NCBI GenBank assembly: GCA_965223415.1
Contig: OZ245002.1
Location: forward strand, 5,472,001-5,536,000
From: Myxococcota bacterium
Lineage (GTDB): Bacteria; Myxococcota_A; UBA9160; UBA6930
Direction of reading: 5' to 3'
Length of the DNA: 64,000 nucleotides
Position numbers and translations under genes: made by a program. Of this stretch, positions 62,554-64,000 are shown piece by piece (the stretch's first letter is position 1; the number at the start of each line of letters is the position of its first letter). The notes beneath the pieces were generated by a model, which was not told the origin of the DNA, ran no database searches, and saw nothing but the letters and a program-made list of their open reading frames with translations.

Positions 62554-63879
62554 CTAACTCCCCGCAATCTCTTCGACTTTAGCCCCAGCCAGGAGGAATT
62601 CAAGCGCCTTGTCCGAGCGGATCTGGGCCTTGAGCGCCTCTGCCATCCCCTGCTGCTCGTAGATCTGGCGGAGGCGATCCGGGTCGATCCCCTGATCCCG
62701 CGCCATGGTCTCGAGCTTCGCGTCCACCTCGGCGTCGTCGCTCTCGATCTCCTGCTGGTCCGCCACGGCGTCGAGCAGCAGGTGCTCGCGCACGTCGCGC
62801 TCGGCCTCCGGCCGCCAGCTCTCGGCCCACTCGCTGAGGCGCCGGTGGAGCTCTTCGTGGCCCATCGACTGGGCCAGCTGGTCGTGGGCGCGGCGCAGCT
62901 GCTGGTCCAGCCGCCGCTCGATCATGCCGGGCGGCACGTCGAACTCGGTGCGCTCGATGAGCGCATCCATCACGCTGCGCTGGAGCGCCTCCTTGGCCTG
63001 GCCCTCGCGGGCTTCCGTCATGTCCGTGCGCAGCTTGTCGCGCAGGGCATCGAGCCCGTCGAGCTCCTCGTCGACCTCCGAGGCGAAGGCATCGTCGAGG
63101 TCCGGCACCACCTTGCGCTGGACCTTGCTGACCGTGACGTCGAAGGTCGCGTCCTTGCCGGCCACGTCCTCGGAGGGGTAGTCCTCCGGGAAGGTCAGGG
63201 AGATGGTCCGCTCCTGGCCCGCGGCCAGGCCCTCCAGCTGGTCCTCGAAGCCCGGGATCATGCGCCCGGAGCCGAGCTCGATGGTCGCGCCTTCGGCGGC
63301 GCCGCCCTCGAAGGGCTCGCCGTCGATCTTGCCCAGGTAGTCCAGGGTGAGGAAGGAGCCCGGCCCGGACTCGCTGCCCTCGGGCTCGTCCTCGAAGCGG
63401 GCGCGGCGCTGGCGCAGGGCCTCGAGCTCGCTCTCGAGCTCCTCGTCGGTCACGTCCACCGGCGGCCGCTGGCCCGGCAGGCCCTGGAGCTCCGGCAGCT
63501 CGATCGCAGGCCGCACCTCGACGGTGGCCGTGTAGGCGAAGGCCTCGCCCTCCACCGGGGCACTCGCCTCGACCTGCGGCTCTGCCACCGGCTCGACCCC
63601 CGCCACCTCGATGGCGGTGCCGAGGCTCTCGCGAACGAGCTGCTGCTCGAGCTCCTCGCCCAGGCCGGCCCCGTACATCTTCTGCAGCACCGCCTTCGGC
63701 ACCTTGCCCGGCCGGAAGCCCTTCACCCGGACGTTGCGGCCCAGCTCCTTGTAGGCCTTGTCGAAGGCCTTGCGCACGCGCTTCGCGTCCAGCTCGATGC
63801 GCAGGGTGCGCAGGACCGGACTCGTCTCGGTGGTCTCCACCGCCGGGGGCGGCGGGGTCTGGCTCTCGCTCTCGCTCAT
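62554..63879 (-). CDS. tig: Trigger factor
   Basis: GFRPGKVP, FEGG, MIPGFEDQL; tig-clpP-clpX-lon order. Confidence 0.95.
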   Translation of the reverse strand: MSESESQTPPPPAVETTETSPVLRTLRIELDAKRVRKAFDKAYKELGRNVRVKGFRPGKVPKAVLQKMYGAGLGEELEQQLVRESLGTAIEVAGVEPVAEPQVEASAPVEGEAFAYTATVEVRPAIELPELQGLPGQRPPVDVTDEELESELEALRQRRARFEDEPEGSESGPGSFLTLDYLGKIDGEPFEGGAAEGATIELGSGRMIPGFEDQLEGLAAGQERTISLTFPEDYPSEDVAGKDATFDVTVSKVQRKVVPDLDDAFASEVDEELDGLDALRDKLRTDMTEAREGQAKEALQRSVMDALIERTEFDVPPGMIERRLDQQLRRAHDQLAQSMGHEELHRRLSEWAESWRPEAERDVREHLLLDAVADQQEIESDDAEVDAKLETMARDQGIDPDRLRQIYEQQGMAEALKAQIRSDKALEFLLAGAKVEEIAGS

Positions 63880-63935
63880 GGGGATCCCTTGGATAGGAGG
63901 GGGTGCCGGGATGCTTCCGGGGAAGGACTGACGGG

Positions 63936-64000
63936 TGCCGGGGACAGGACTCGAACCTGCACGTCCAACGGACGGTGGCTCCTAAGGCCACTGCGTCTAC
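63936..64000 (-). tRNA. tRNA-Leu(TAG), 5' end outside window
   Basis: GTGGC-CTTAGGA-GCCAC anticodon arm, long variable arm, GGTTCGAGTCC. Confidence 0.9.

Noticed and set aside
63901..63942. GGGTGCCGGG repeat near the tRNA-Leu 3' end as an att scar
   Set aside because: Only 10 bp in GC-rich DNA and no integrase nearby

Overview
High-GC bacterial window; gene content suggests a Myxococcota/deltaproteobacterial-type organism (inference). (1) 1-5.9 kb: tail of a deoxysugar/glycan modification cluster (RmlC, epimerase, GT2, three methyltransferase-type genes, sulfotransferase). (2) 5.9-13.7 kb: mixed metabolism/transport (LLM oxidoreductase, ABC exporter trio, DegT aminotransferase, MATE). (3) 13.7-18.8 kb: a decayed ~5 kb island in tRNA-Val(TAC), bounded by a 43-bp att repeat. 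It carries an N-terminally truncated tyrosine integrase that reads through the att core, a URI/GIY-YIG-type toxin tip split by an ISNCY/IS5-like element, two immunity-type genes and an IS200. (4) 18.9-26.3 kb: lipid/xenobiotic oxidation genes and pyruvate kinase. (5) 27-57 kb: a ~30 kb low-oxygen/dormancy cluster with a globin-coupled histidine kinase, an NtrC-type activator, CBS and USP proteins, hemerythrin-like proteins, HPF, a WS/DGAT-like gene, an Rv2004c-like gene, a paired di-iron operon and ccoNOQP-GHIS. Most of its transcription units carry a sigma-54 -24/-12 motif (13 found), many with a TGGGG-N7-CCCCA palindrome nearby; this candidate regulon is the main finding. (6) 57.3-64 kb: a methyltransferase pseudogene, then lon, clpX, clpP, tig and part of tRNA-Leu(TAG). 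All calls come from reading motifs by eye; no database search was run.
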